A stretch of 64,000 nucleotides of DNA, taken from positions 372,001 through 436,000 of the forward strand of contig NC_092351.1 of the NCBI RefSeq assembly GCF_963676685.1. The letters are read 5' to 3'. Within the stretch, counting starts at the first letter, position 1, and the number at the start of each line of letters is the position of its first letter. The position numbers and the translations under genes were made by a program. Shown one piece after another: positions 1-11,339 of the stretch. Source of the stretch: Mytilus edulis. Taxonomy: Eukaryota. The notes under the pieces were generated by a model, which ran no database searches, was not told the origin of the DNA, and saw only the letters and a program-made list of their open reading frames with translations.

Positions 1-224
1 TAATTTTGATTAGTGAAAATTTAAGAAGTTTTAATATATACCAGTAAAAGAAAAACACTTCACTGTATAATAAAACGGTAAAATAAAGTAATGATAATGG
101 ATGACGACCAGCGGCGAATAAAACTAATATTCAGGACGATTACGTGTAAATATAATAAGAGTATTAACCCCGTTTTTTACTAGAGTGACAAGCGGAGTCG
201 GTTTTTTTTATCGTGTAAGTTCAC

Positions 225-445
225 AAGATATTAGTTCGCAGGAAGAAAAGTCACCCGACCCGGACACATTTCCGACTCTGAGCCGGCCAGTATGTGCTCT
301 TACTCTATTATGCCAAGTGTTAAGCGTTGAAATAGAATACCAATTTAATTAACGTCTTTGTATGATCGTTCGGTATTCGAACAAATTTAATGACCTCCCG
401 CTCTCGAGGCGAACGCCCACACACGAGACCAACAAGGAGAGTGGT
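225..445 (-). mobile_element. Degenerate tRNA-headed SINE fragment
   Basis: The minus strand shows a tRNA-like head with a B-box-like GTTCGAA (plus-strand ttcgaac ~376-382), followed by a SINE-like body. Family not assigned. Confidence 0.4.
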
Positions 446-649
446 AGTGATCGGTAGTACAGAATATCATACCAAAAACTAAAATACAATATACAATACA
501 GTTTCACAGAATTCTCACAGTTACTAAAGCGAGCTAAAAGTATCTGACCTAAATTGGATGCGTGAAATGATATAGTAAACTACACGTAAATATGGATGAT
601 CGACTTCAGGGTAGATTTTATGGATCAAATTAAAAACTCTTGCACCTAT

Positions 650-902
650 TATTCGAGTGGTCCAAGTATTGCCTGCTGTTTCAAGTCTTAATGTCTGTCC
701 TTATTCAATATACCCTCATTTTCTAGTGGTATTTTAAAGTTTCACGTCCAACCTCACTGTTGACCTCCTATTGTACGACCTACCTATTATATTTAATATG
801 TATGTGTTATAGTCATTAACAGGCATGAAATATTTGCTACTGGACGTAACAGGCATGAAATATTTGCTACTGGACGTAAAGCAAACAACAATAAATCAAT
901 CT
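650..902 (+). mobile_element. SINE 3' portion with (AATC)-like tail
   Basis: Ends in atatttgctactggacgtaaagcaaacaacaataaatcaatc, with a 30-bp local duplication (818-878). A similar 3' end recurs at ~4870-4912. Confidence 0.4.
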
Positions 903-3372
903 AATTAATTTCTCTGTTACATTACTAGTACTTAGCACACAAAGACAAGATCTTGTAAAATTCTATAATTTACAATTTCCATTTAAATTTGTATGTTATT
1001 TTTTTATTTTTTGGGGGGGGGGGGGGGGGTTCTCTTCAGTTTATCACATAATTGACAGCTTATTCAAAAGTTTTAAATATTTTTTTACTATTGTTCTTAT
1101 CTAATGTTGAAATACGATTTATAACATGTGATTTTTTTTTGTCAGGCAAGGATAAAACTAAGAAAGATAAAAGTTTTTTTTTCGGGTGTTTTTGCTTCAT
1201 TTAGACATGAAAAGGGAACAACGGACGACTAAATTAAAGTGTTTGTTTTCATATAATGTATATTTGATCGGGACAGTGAAACCTAGTTTAATACGGTTTT
1301 ATTCATTGAATTTGCATGCATAGTTCTTATTTAAAAAACACACAAATAATGCAAGATCTATTTATTAATTGGACTGAAAAGACAAACTAATTATTTTGCA
1401 TTCGCATGTATCTTAATGTAGGAAAATTACCAAATCAGAAACAAAAGGAACATTTACCGGATGAATATTGTGAAGGAGCTTATGCATCTAGGACTGTCCG
1501 ATTAGAAGTTCTTTAACAAGATATTTAAAAAGCTAATTGTTGGAAGAGTTAACTTACTGTTTTCTAAGGTCTGATCTTTACGATTCTAATTCATGATTAC
1601 TGACAGATCAAAAACATCAAGTATATATAGCATGAAGTTGTTGGGCATAATATTCATTGGTCAGTTATAAATGAGGTCTGTATGGGTGTTTTGATTGCCT
1701 GATTTATTAAAAAAGAAATCTTTTTTTTTTTAAAGTTGGCTAACCAAATATAAATTTAACCTCTAATTTTGTAAATAAAACTATCTTTTGGTGTTATTTA
1801 GATGCTATTTTTTTTTTATCATGAATAAATAATTATATGATGTAATGCCATTAAATCGGTCCGTTTTCATTTTAATTTGGTAACTGTTAATTGTTTATAT
1901 CAGTCTGAGTACTGTATAACTATCATTTAAGTTGAACATATTTAGACTCGTCCAGTTCAGGGGAATTAGGGTTCTGTACTTTTCTTATATTTTTGACGGT
2001 TTGTAAGTCAGTAAAAGTTAAATGATAAAGTTAATATTGATATTAACTTATCATTGAACTTTTACTATTACTAAATGAAGTATTTAGGGTAAAAACTCAC
2101 TTTAGGTGAAAGTGATAAAACTGATACAAAGTCAAAGACAGCATAAAGAAGTTAAACAGGGAAAAATTGGAGGTCCTGATCTCATAATTAACAAGTTTTT
2201 AAAGGTATGGTCGAACTCTAATTATAATTCTGACATCAATTTCTAGTACGATACTAAATTCAGAAAAAAATCCGGAATATTTCTTCATTTACATCAATTT
2301 ATTAATCTTATGACCCAATTGATTGTGTGAACTAAGAAGGTATAAGCATAACAAGCTGTCTTTAAAAGTTGGATACCTCAACATAACAGAGCTTTTCTTG
2401 AAACAAATGATTTCTTATGTTCAAATTAAGGTGGTTTTAGAAGAAAAATAATACAGAACTGTAGATTAATACGGAACATATCATACAAAATTGATTTAAT
2501 GAAAAAAAAAAATCCGTCAGAGTAGACTATGTAGACAGAATTACAGGTTAGACAGATTAAGACAGTCAACAAAACAGAGTAGAGGTCTTGGGTCAGGAAC
2601 AATGATATGCGTATCTTTACATCCTCAATAACCAAACATACCACCCACTTTGACACTGGTTTACTGGCGTGGCATTGATATTTCAAATGATTGGAGGGAG
2701 CTTTAAATGCATGCAGAGGATTTATCATACTTGTATTTTTGTTGTTGCTTTGAATTGCAAGGCAAGTCTCCAATTAAAAAAAATAAAGACCCTAAGTGTC
2801 TTGGAAGTCGAAATATGGTCACAAATGGTAGACCTCCGAACGGCAGAAATCTTCAAAGTGGTTCTCCGTTATGCCGTGCGTCATGGACAAGTACGGAGCC
2901 ACGTCCGTTTAATAGAAACTTATTAATGAATCTACCTTTATGAACCCTTGCAACAACTGTAGGCGGCTTGTAGCAATGATAAGTTTCTTTCTCTATTCAA
3001 TAGAGTGCTGAACACCAATATATAGTACTGAACCAGTCCATGTTTTATATGTACCATAAAATTAATCAGTGACGTAGTACCCAGAACGCAACATTCGAAC
3101 TCTTCACCTATAACCTGACATGCATTGATCGTATATTGACATTTAATGATTGCAACGATTATTTATATTGCAACTGTATTTTTTGTATGAATTGCTGTAT
3201 GACCTAAATAAACCCTGGTGAGTTTCCTATATTGTTCTTGTATTATTAAGTATATGCTCGGATTACAACACTCTCATTTTCCCGTGTAAGTCGATTTATC
3301 CAGGATCGTTAACCGGGGTGGCCTCCATTACATGATCTATACACTAAAATAAGGTTCAGTCCACCTTTATCT

Positions 3373-3780
3373 ACATGTATTGTCGAAATGCGCATCTGGT
3401 GCAAGAAAATTGGTACCGTTAATTTTATTACTACCACTGGGTCGATGCCTCTGCTGGTGCACTGTTAGTCCCCGAGGGTATCACCAGCCCAGTAGCCAGT
3501 ACTTCGGTACTGGCATGAAAATACGGATTTTTTGTGTTGTTAAAATTTGCCGTTACAAAATATTAGAAATTATTATAAATTAAGGAATGTATCTCCCTCA
3601 TGCAAAGCTCTGATTCCTTTCACGGATTTAACTATACTTTTTGGACCTTTTGGATTATAGCTCTTCATCTTTTATATAAGCTTTGGATTTCAAATATTTT
3701 GGCCACGAGCATCACTGAAGAGACATGTATTGTCGAAATGCGCATCTGGTGCAAGAAAATTGGTACCGTTAATTTTATTA
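3373..3780 (+). mobile_element. Non-LTR retrozyme-like unit (350-nt period) with hammerhead ribozyme
   Basis: Perfect 58-bp direct repeats at 3373-3430 and 3723-3780, a 350-nt period. The repeats overlap a hammerhead core. Related copies occur at ~31650-31835 (-), ~51085-51431 and ~63560-63690. Confidence 0.85.
3709..3752 (+). ncRNA. Minimal type I hammerhead ribozyme
   Basis: GCAUCA-CUGAAGA-GACA(UGUAU)UGUC-GAAA-UGCGCA-UC/UGGUGC. Stem I is GCAUCA:UGGUGC, the CUGANGA and GAAA boxes are intact, and stem III is palindromic. Predicted cleavage after C3746. Confidence 0.88.
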
Positions 3781-4344
3781 TCTACTTTTGAAAATGCCTG
3801 TGCCAAGTCGAGAATGTGACAGTTTTTTCCGTTCGTTTGATGTGTTTTATTATTTGATGTTACCCTTGATTGAGGACTATTCGAATTTTCCTACTAGAAA
3901 TTTTGTGATTTGACTTTTAAAATTTTTAACATTACGCGTCCTGAATTTTCGTAAAATACATAACACTTGCCTTTTAAACACAAGTGTCGAAAATGTAAAA
4001 GTTTGATAAACTAACTTCAAAATTGTATGGCTTTCAAGATTAATGCAAAAAAAATGCTCTAATTTGATTGGTAGGAAAAACTCAGGTTGAAGTATTGACT
4101 ACAACACGTGGGATGGAGTACTTTAATAACACAAAACCATTGTCAAATGTTAAAAGCTGCCGCGATGAATATTATTGCATAACAAGAACTTTTAACTTAT
4201 TAGAATATTAAATATTCCTTAGTTGTCTGGAGACTGTCTGTTGAAATGTGTTTGTATTGACCTTATGACTTTATGCAGACATTTATAGGCAGGCGTCGAC
4301 AAGAATAAAGGCAATACACGACCTTAAAAAAGCGTGTCGCTTAA

Positions 4345-4533
4345 TTATTTCTCGGTGTTCAATACGACTTACTGGGTACTGGCTATGTGCAGAGTAACGG
4401 ATAATACTACTGGCTATGTGCAGAGTAACGGATAATACTACTGGCTATGTGCAGAGTAACGGATAATACATCTATTTCTCGGTGTTCAATACGACTTACT
4501 GGGTACTGGCTATGTGCAGAGTAACGGATAATA
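4345..4533. repeat. Short tandem duplications (~31-bp unit tactggctatgtgcagagtaacggataatac)
   Basis: Three tandem copies plus a longer duplication, directly visible inside a SINE-like fragment. Confidence 0.8.
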
Positions 4534-5794
4534 CATCCAACCGCAACTCTTGAGATATGTGCCCCCCAAGGCCATACAGGTATGGTCATTTGTCTTCTTA
4601 CCAGCAGTAAAACGTTGACAAAGTGAGGCGCCTGGTCAGAACTCGGACGTTAAATCCGATGCCTCGTGTTTAAATTGATTTAAAGAATACTTTCAACAAT
4701 TCTTTGATAGAATACTTTCAACAATTCTTTGACGAGTCCGTAGCTAGCCAGTTGCAAAATAGTAAAATCTTATTTTTCTGCAGCAATCAAAATTTCACCG
4801 ATCGTCATCCCAGATGGTCTCTTTGACTAGACCGTAAAAATGCATGCACTCGTCCTAAACATGCACGACATATTTGCCACTGGATGTTTACACACCAACA
4901 GTCTAATCAATCTATTAAGATGAACGATCTTGAAACAACAGAACGACATCAGAGTTAACTTAACTTTCTCAATAATTCCTCTTTTTATAAATGAACAACT
5001 TGAGAAATGTTTGGTTCAAAGCATGCCTTCCGATCTGTAAATGATAGCGCTAAACTTTATAATTATATTATAGTGATATTCGATACTTCCTTCAATTTGA
5101 GGTAAGTTTATGTATTGAAAATGTATACTTCTTGATAGGTAATAAGTCCTGCTAATTAAATACATGGGTTATTATTCTCACAACCAGTCGCGAATATTCC
5201 CTCACACGATAAGTGCAATATTATGATTATATTTCACTCACTAACCAAGTAACATATAAGATATACTGAACGCCGAGGAAAATTCAAAACAGAAAGTCCC
5301 AAATCAAATGGCTAAATTAAAAGCTCCTAATCACATCAAACGAATGGATAACAACTGTCATATTCCTCACTTGGTACAGGCATTTTCTAATGTAGAAAAT
5401 GGCTGATTGAACCTGGTTTTAAGGTTGCTTTACATTGCATTTGTATAACAGTTGCATTAAATTTACTACATATTGACAACGATGCGTGAACAAAACAACG
5501 ACATAATTCTAGTAGATAAAAATGTCAAATATACAGCAATCAACATTGTTTTACAATCTTGATCATTAAAAAACCAAACAAATATGTAACAAAGACGGTT
5601 TGTGATTTTCCTGTATGCATGAGGCGGTGCTTATGTATCGAGTCATTGTGCTATTTTAAAACTGGTTCCATTTCTTGTCTTGCATGTTTTGCTTTGTGCT
5701 TGACAAACGTATGCTTTTTAATGTTTCTTTGTTACACATATGACGTGGTTCTGTACTTACACATCCCGTCTTTAAAAAAAGAAAAAAATCACAT

Positions 5795-7412
5795 CCCTAA
5801 TTAACTGGGCATTTAAAAAGTCGGAATGCGAGTACATATGTTCAAACTCTTTTAGATCATTTTTTAGTAGCAATAAACAAAAGAACTATGTCAATTGGAC
5901 ATGCTTTGATACTATTTATGCACTTGAATTTTTACTTGATAACATTTTTGTTCGCTTTGGAGATTCCGTATATCGTCAAGTTATTGGAATTCCAATGGGG
6001 ACTAACTGTGCACCACTTATTGCGGACCTGTTTTTGTATTGTTATGAGTTACAATTTATGACTAAAATTAGCAAAGACCCATCAAAACAACATTTGATAC
6101 AAAAATTTAACAATACTTTTAGATATTTGGATGATATATTGGCTCTAAATAATGACGACTTCAGTATGTATACTAAAGAAATTTATCCTGTAGAACTTAC
6201 TTTAAATAAAGCTAATGATAACAATGACCACTGCCCTTTCCTCGATCTTGATATCTATATCATAAACGGGAAGCTTAATACAAAAATTTATGATAAAAGA
6301 GATGATTTTTCATTTCCTATTGTTAATTATCCATTTTTAGATGGTGACGTTCCCTTGTCACCATCTTATGGTGTTTATATATCTCAACTTGTACGATTCG
6401 CTCGTGTATGTAACAATGTATTAGATTTTAGCGAGAGAAATTTATGTATTACTGAAAAATTATTACACCAGGGTTTTCGATATCACAAACTGGTCAAAAC
6501 ATTTACTAAATTTTATCACCGGTATAAGGAAATAATTCGTAAATATAACTCAACATGCAGACATCTTATACGTTCAGGTATTTCACATCCAAAATTTTAT
6601 GGAAATATTCTTTATAAAGCACAAAAATATCAGTATTCTCCTCAGAAACTAACAAAACCTTTAAATAGACTTATTAAAAGGGGATATAGTTACGATACTG
6701 TTGTCAGGTCATTAAAGATTGCATATTTTGGCTTTAACATTGATTCACTGATAGGGTCTTTGCATCAGAACTAAACACATTTATTTCTAAAAAAACAGTT
6801 GTTGGCATGACACGGGTTATGTTCTTCTCATATATTTTATGATAGTATGATACTAAACCCTTAAAGGGAGGGATTGTACCTGATATTCATATGATGAAGA
6901 CATAATCTTTCAATCAGTTTAATTGAGGTCTGGAGCTGGCATGTCAGTTAACTGCTAGTAGTCTGTTGTTATTTATGTATTAATGTCATTTTATTTATTT
7001 TCTTTTGTTACATCTTTTGACATCGGACTCGGACTTCTCTTGAACTGAATTTTAATGTGCGTATTGTTATTCTTTTACTTTTCTACATTGGCTAGAGGTA
7101 TAGGGGGAGGGTTGAGATCTCATAAACATGTTTAACCCCGCCGCAATTTTGCGCCTGTCCCAAGTCAGGAGCCTCTGGCCTTTGTTAGTCTTGTATGATT
7201 TTAAATTTTAGTTTCTTGTGTATAATTCGGAGTTTAGTATGACGTCCATTATCACTGTACTATTATGCATATTTTAGGGGCCAGCTGAAGGACACCTACG
7301 GGTGCGGGAATTCTCGCTACATTGAAGACCCATTGGTTGCCGTCGGCTGTTGTTTGCTCTATGGTCGGGTGGTTGTCGCTTTGACATATTCACCATTTCC
7401 TTTCTCAATTTT
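5795..7412 (+). mobile_element. 5'-truncated Penelope-like element (RT C-terminal half plus 3' region)
   Basis: The reading frame is open from ~5797 through GIPMGTNCAP...RYLDD...PFLDL...YDKRDDF...YISQLVRF. No C-terminal GIY-YIG before the stop at 6774. The 3' terminus recurs inverted at ~19000-19075. Confidence 0.85.
5995..6774 (+). CDS. Penelope-like reverse transcriptase, C-terminal fragment
   Basis: RT motifs MGTNCAP, YLDD and FLDL in the ORF track. Confidence 0.8.
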   Translation: MGTNCAPLIADLFLYCYELQFMTKISKDPSKQHLIQKFNNTFRYLDDILALNNDDFSMYTKEIYPVELTLNKANDNNDHCPFLDLDIYIINGKLNTKIYDKRDDFSFPIVNYPFLDGDVPLSPSYGVYISQLVRFARVCNNVLDFSERNLCITEKLLHQGFRYHKLVKTFTKFYHRYKEIIRKYNSTCRHLIRSGISHPKFYGNILYKAQKYQYSPQKLTKPLNRLIKRGYSYDTVVRSLKIAYFGFNIDSLIGSLHQN

Positions 7413-8130
7413 AAGAATTAAATATTTCTAACCTACCATCCTCGCCTATCGCTTTCCCTTGTTTTGGATTTTATTTATGTAAGTCAAATCCGCTCATAAA
7501 CGACTGAAAGTTTGAATTGGCTAGATCAACTTTGACTCGAACGTAGAGTCCAGTTTGAATATTATTTATGCATGTAAAATTCTCTCGTTAACGACTGGAA
7601 GTATGAATTGGCTATATCAACATTGAGGCCAAAGTGAATCGTGCGTATGACCTGTGAATGTAAACGGCACAGTTCGAGATATACATTAATTGTGTCGGCC
7701 AAAGCTTCAAAATATTAGTCTTGAGATTGCATTTCTGTAAATATTGACAATGTAATTTGATTTCTCTAATTTACCATTTGATCTGCTTTTACGGCCAAAA
7801 CTGAATCACTTTTACTATGAAGATGTGAAAAAAATCTTTATTGTAGAATTATAAGTGCGTATGCACTACAATTTTTTTCAAAGGTTAAAATATAGGGCTG
7901 TGCGGATATTTTCAAAGTTTATGTGCCCTGAACTCTTCAGTCTTTAGCCATACATCTTTGAAAGAACGTAAATAAGAAGTTAACCTTTCCATCCTGCCGG
8001 TTGTCTACATGCTTATTGTGTATTTCTTCTGAAAAATGTCATTATGTTTAAGAGAAACACAAAAGAAGGGCACACAGGAAAAATCATTAGGTAATATGAA
8101 AGACCAAAATTTAATAATAGAACAATATTA

Positions 8131-8628
8131 GGTCCGAGACCACAATTGTCGTCCCTTGATTTTCGTTGTTCAATTGTCGTCCCTTGATTTTCTTCGTTGT
8201 TCAATTGTCGTCCCTTGATTTTCTTCGTTGTTCACGAATATAGTCCATAGTCCCTAGTGTTGACAGTGGGTTACTTGCCAAATTTATTTCTCCATGTTTA
8301 ATGCCTCAAATTGCAAATAGGGGGATGAGATTACACTGTAAGAAAAATTGGGTCCAGAATTTTAAAGGAAAGTAGTGATTTGGTCCAACTGAAAAAGGTT
8401 GAAAATTAGCACTTCGGAAGCTGTAAAAAGATTTCAAGACGCCCTAAACATAAAATTGTCCATATTTTGAGTTAGAGCCGATGAAGTTTTCTATAATTTT
8501 GATATAATTTGTCCCAAAAGTAGTACAACACACTGTAAAAGTTTCTTTGAGAAAGCGCAGGTGGGATTTTTTAAATTTTCATTTATGTTCTAAAAGAAAT
8601 GCACTACGAAATAATTGTGTTCTCGGAC
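8131..8628. mobile_element. MITE with GTCCGAGA-CACAATT terminal inverted repeats
   Basis: ggtccgagaccacaatt (8131) pairs with aattgtgttctcggac (~8612-8628). Internal ~30-bp tandem at 8143-8234. Partial inverted copy at 19987-20200. Confidence 0.6.
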
Positions 8629-8893
8629 TAATAGCGGAATTGTTAAGTATTGAGTCACGTTACATGTAACAAAGAAAGTTGAGGTACTACGGACAAAGCA
8701 AATATGCAAAATATCGCAAACAACACAGCAATGACGGGATGTATAACATGTATAAGTACAGAGACACGTCAGTGATATTTTTGTAAAGAAGACGATAGAA
8801 TAATAATAGCGCTCCCGACGAACTGTGTTTGTAGGTTGCTACCTGCTCAAGAATGCCATTTTTATTTCCGCACCTTGCAGTTCCCTTAAGGTG

Positions 8894-9436
8894 CTAAAAT
8901 TGAACGCGCTTGGCTTGACGATGAATGATAATATCGTCTTCACTTTCTGCATCAAAATCCTTGACTATGCTTGTCTGGTACACGTAACCACCTCTATTCG
9001 ACAGGAAAGCTTGGAAACCTGTCATGACCGAGTTGAATAGGTCCATCGAACGAGTGTAAAGCGATCTTTAATCAAAATTGGATCGGTCAAGTTGTGTACC
9101 ATTTGCAGATGGCGCTTCAATCTGGTTTGCTCTATTCTGCAGTACGGGCATACTAAGGCTGGAGCAGGTACGGCGCCACGGTTTTTTTATTGCATGAGAA
9201 GTTCGTCAGTCTCTTCTTCAGGAGAGGGATAGGGGTCGGGGTGGATGAGGATGAACTCAACACCCCGACCCTCTATCATTTCCACCATCTCTTTCGTTCG
9301 TTCGAAGGTGGCGATCTTCAATTCTTGTTTGTAATAGTTATATTCTTCTGTTGACGGATGACTGCTTTCCAGCAGCCTATTCCATTCCTTCCTGCTTCCT
9401 AGAACCTTTATTATGTACGTTGTCATTGCTTTATAT
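8894..9436 (-). pseudogene. Second element-encoded unit: exon with acidic stretch, C2H2 zinc finger and short terminal ORF
   Basis: Acceptor ttttcAG at 9437-9439. Frame YKAMTTY...ELLMQ*(9187) continues in frame as KNRGAVPAPALV-CPYCRIEQTRLKRHLQMVH-NL (9022-9186). An overlapping 50-aa ORF MDLFNSVM...KRVQF* spans 8894-9046. AATAAA at 8861-8866. Confidence 0.55.
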
Positions 9437-9544
9437 CTGAAAAATAGAGGAAACAATAATATGGAAAAAAACCCATGGTTAACCCTTTGCGGTGTCAGGA
9501 CCCAAGCAAACAGCCGACAGTTGTCCCATTGGCTATGAGATACG

Positions 9545-10190
9545 CTTATGCGTAGCATCACCGTGAAGTACCACCACAGCAGTGCGCTCCTGGACATGGC
9601 ACTCGCTGCATGGTAGTACACGGTAACCCCCACTCATAGGCCTTTCTCTAACCCTATACATGCAGAATAAATAAGTAAAACTATATACAGATATATACAC
9701 AAGGCAACGACAATGTACAAGATATATACAAGCAAAAGATACCCCGGTCCACCCTGCCCGCCTTTAACAGGGATAGGGATAGGCTTATGCGTAGCATTAC
9801 CGTGAAGTACCACCACAGCAGTGCGGTCTTGGACATGGCACTCGCTGCATGGTAGAACACGATAACCCCCACTTATAGGCCTATCTCTAACCATATACAT
9901 GCAGAATAAATAAGTAAAACTATATACAGATATATACACAAGGCAACGACAATGTACAAGATATATACAAGCAAAAGATACCCCGGTCCACCCTGCCCAC
10001 CCTGCCCGCCTTTAACAGGGATAGGGATAGGCTTATGCGTAGCAACACCGTGAAGTACCACCACAGCAGTGCACTCTTCAACATGGCACTCGCTGCATGG
10101 TAGAACACGATAACCCCCACTCATAGGCCTATCCCTAACTCTATACATGCAGAATAAATAAGTAATACTATATACAGATATATACAACAG
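9545..10190. repeat. ~240-bp tandem repeat, ~2.7 copies
   Basis: Units begin near 9545, 9784 and 10032. They explain the duplicated ORFs in the track. Confidence 0.9.
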
Positions 10191-10199
10191 ATATACACG

Positions 10200-11090
10200 T
10201 GGTCGGTGTCTCTATCACGAAAAAAAAAATCCCCTAACCCACTCCCAATTGGTCGTAGTCTCTATCACGAATAAAAAAAAAATCCCCTAACCCACTCCCA
10301 ATTGGTCGTAGTCTCTATCACGAATAAAAAAAAAAAAAATCCCCTAACCCACTCCCTATTGGTCGGTGTCTCTATCACGAATAAAAAAAAAAATCCCCGT
10401 TCCCACTCCCTATTGGTCGGTGTCTCTATCACTAATAAAAAAAAAATCCCCGTTCCCACTCCCTATTGGTCGGTGTCTCTATCACTAATAAAAAAAAAAT
10501 CCCCGTTCCCACTCCCTATTGGTCGGTGTCTCTATCACTAATAAAAAAAAAATCCCCGTTCCCACTCCCTATTGGTCGGTGTCTCTATCACTAATAAAAA
10601 AAAAATCCCCGTTCCCACTCCCTATTGGTCGGTGTCTCTATCACTAATAAAAAAAATAATCCCCGTTCCCACTCCCTATTGGTCGGTGTCTCTATCACTA
10701 ATAAAAAAAACAATCCCCGTTCCCACTCCCTATTGGTCGGTGTCTCTATCACTGGTCGGTGTCTCTATCACTAATAAAAAAAAACAATCCCCGTTCCCAC
10801 TCCCTATTGGTCGGTGTCTCTATCACTGGTCGGTGTCTCTATCACTAATAAAAAAAAAATCCCCGTTCCCACTCCCTATTGGTCGGTGTCTCTATCACTA
10901 ATAAAAAAAATAATCCCCGTTCCCACTCCCTGTTGGTCGGTGTCTCTATCACTGGTCAGTGTCTATCACGAATAAAAAAAAAATCCCCGTTCCCACTCCC
11001 TATTGGTCGGTGTCTCTATCACTAATAAAAAAAATAATCCCCGTTCCCACTCCCTATTGGTCGGTGTCTCTATCACGAATAAAAAAAAAG
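10200..11090. repeat. ~53-bp minisatellite, about 16 copies
   Basis: Unit tggtcggtgtctctatcactaataaaaaaaaaatccccgttcccactccctat with a variable A tract. The first copies carry ccctaaccc. Confidence 0.95.
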
Positions 11091-11225
11091 TCTCAGTCCG
11101 TCAGTCCCTCATTCCATTTACTAATTCTCTCCTTCGGTGCCTTCTTCTTCAACTTCTTCTGTCTCGTGTCCTCAGCTGGCCTTCCCGTCTGCAAAAATAA
11201 AGATACCTTTAGCCAAGGCATTGAT

Positions 11226-11339
11226 AATGTTTCCCCCCCTTATATCTTTTATGCGTAGCATTTTCACGGGCTATGCCTGTGGTTTATGGGTAGCATTTTC
11301 ACAGTTTATGCGTATGTTTTCATCGTGTATAATTTTCTG
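11226..11339 (+). repeat. Left copy of a ~115-bp intronic inverted repeat pair
   Basis: Reverse complement of 15381-15499 with few differences. Confidence 0.9.

Noticed and set aside
2010-2066. AT-rich palindrome
   Set aside because: Isolated and low complexity, with no associated element recognised.
2426-2943. Short overlapping ORFs
   Set aside because: No recognisable motifs or consistent splice structure.
6894-6934. SECIS-like stem in the Penelope-like 3' region
   Set aside because: The 3' side reads UGGA rather than NGAN, pairing is weak, and there is no in-frame UGA in the visible ORF. SECISearch would be needed.
8870-8894. GCACCTT-11nt-AAGGTGC as the left recombination site
   Set aside because: Arms are only 7 bp, the spacer is too long, and there is no similarity to the right-edge palindrome.
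10200-11090. CRISPR array or tetO array (tctctatcact / tccctat resemble tetO halves)
   Set aside because: No unique spacers, no cas genes, eukaryotic context, and no complete tetO palindrome.
10265-11258. ORFs within the 53-bp array, and plus-strand ORFs across 11-18 kb
   Set aside because: Repeat-derived frames or antisense shadows of the GC-rich minus-strand exons.
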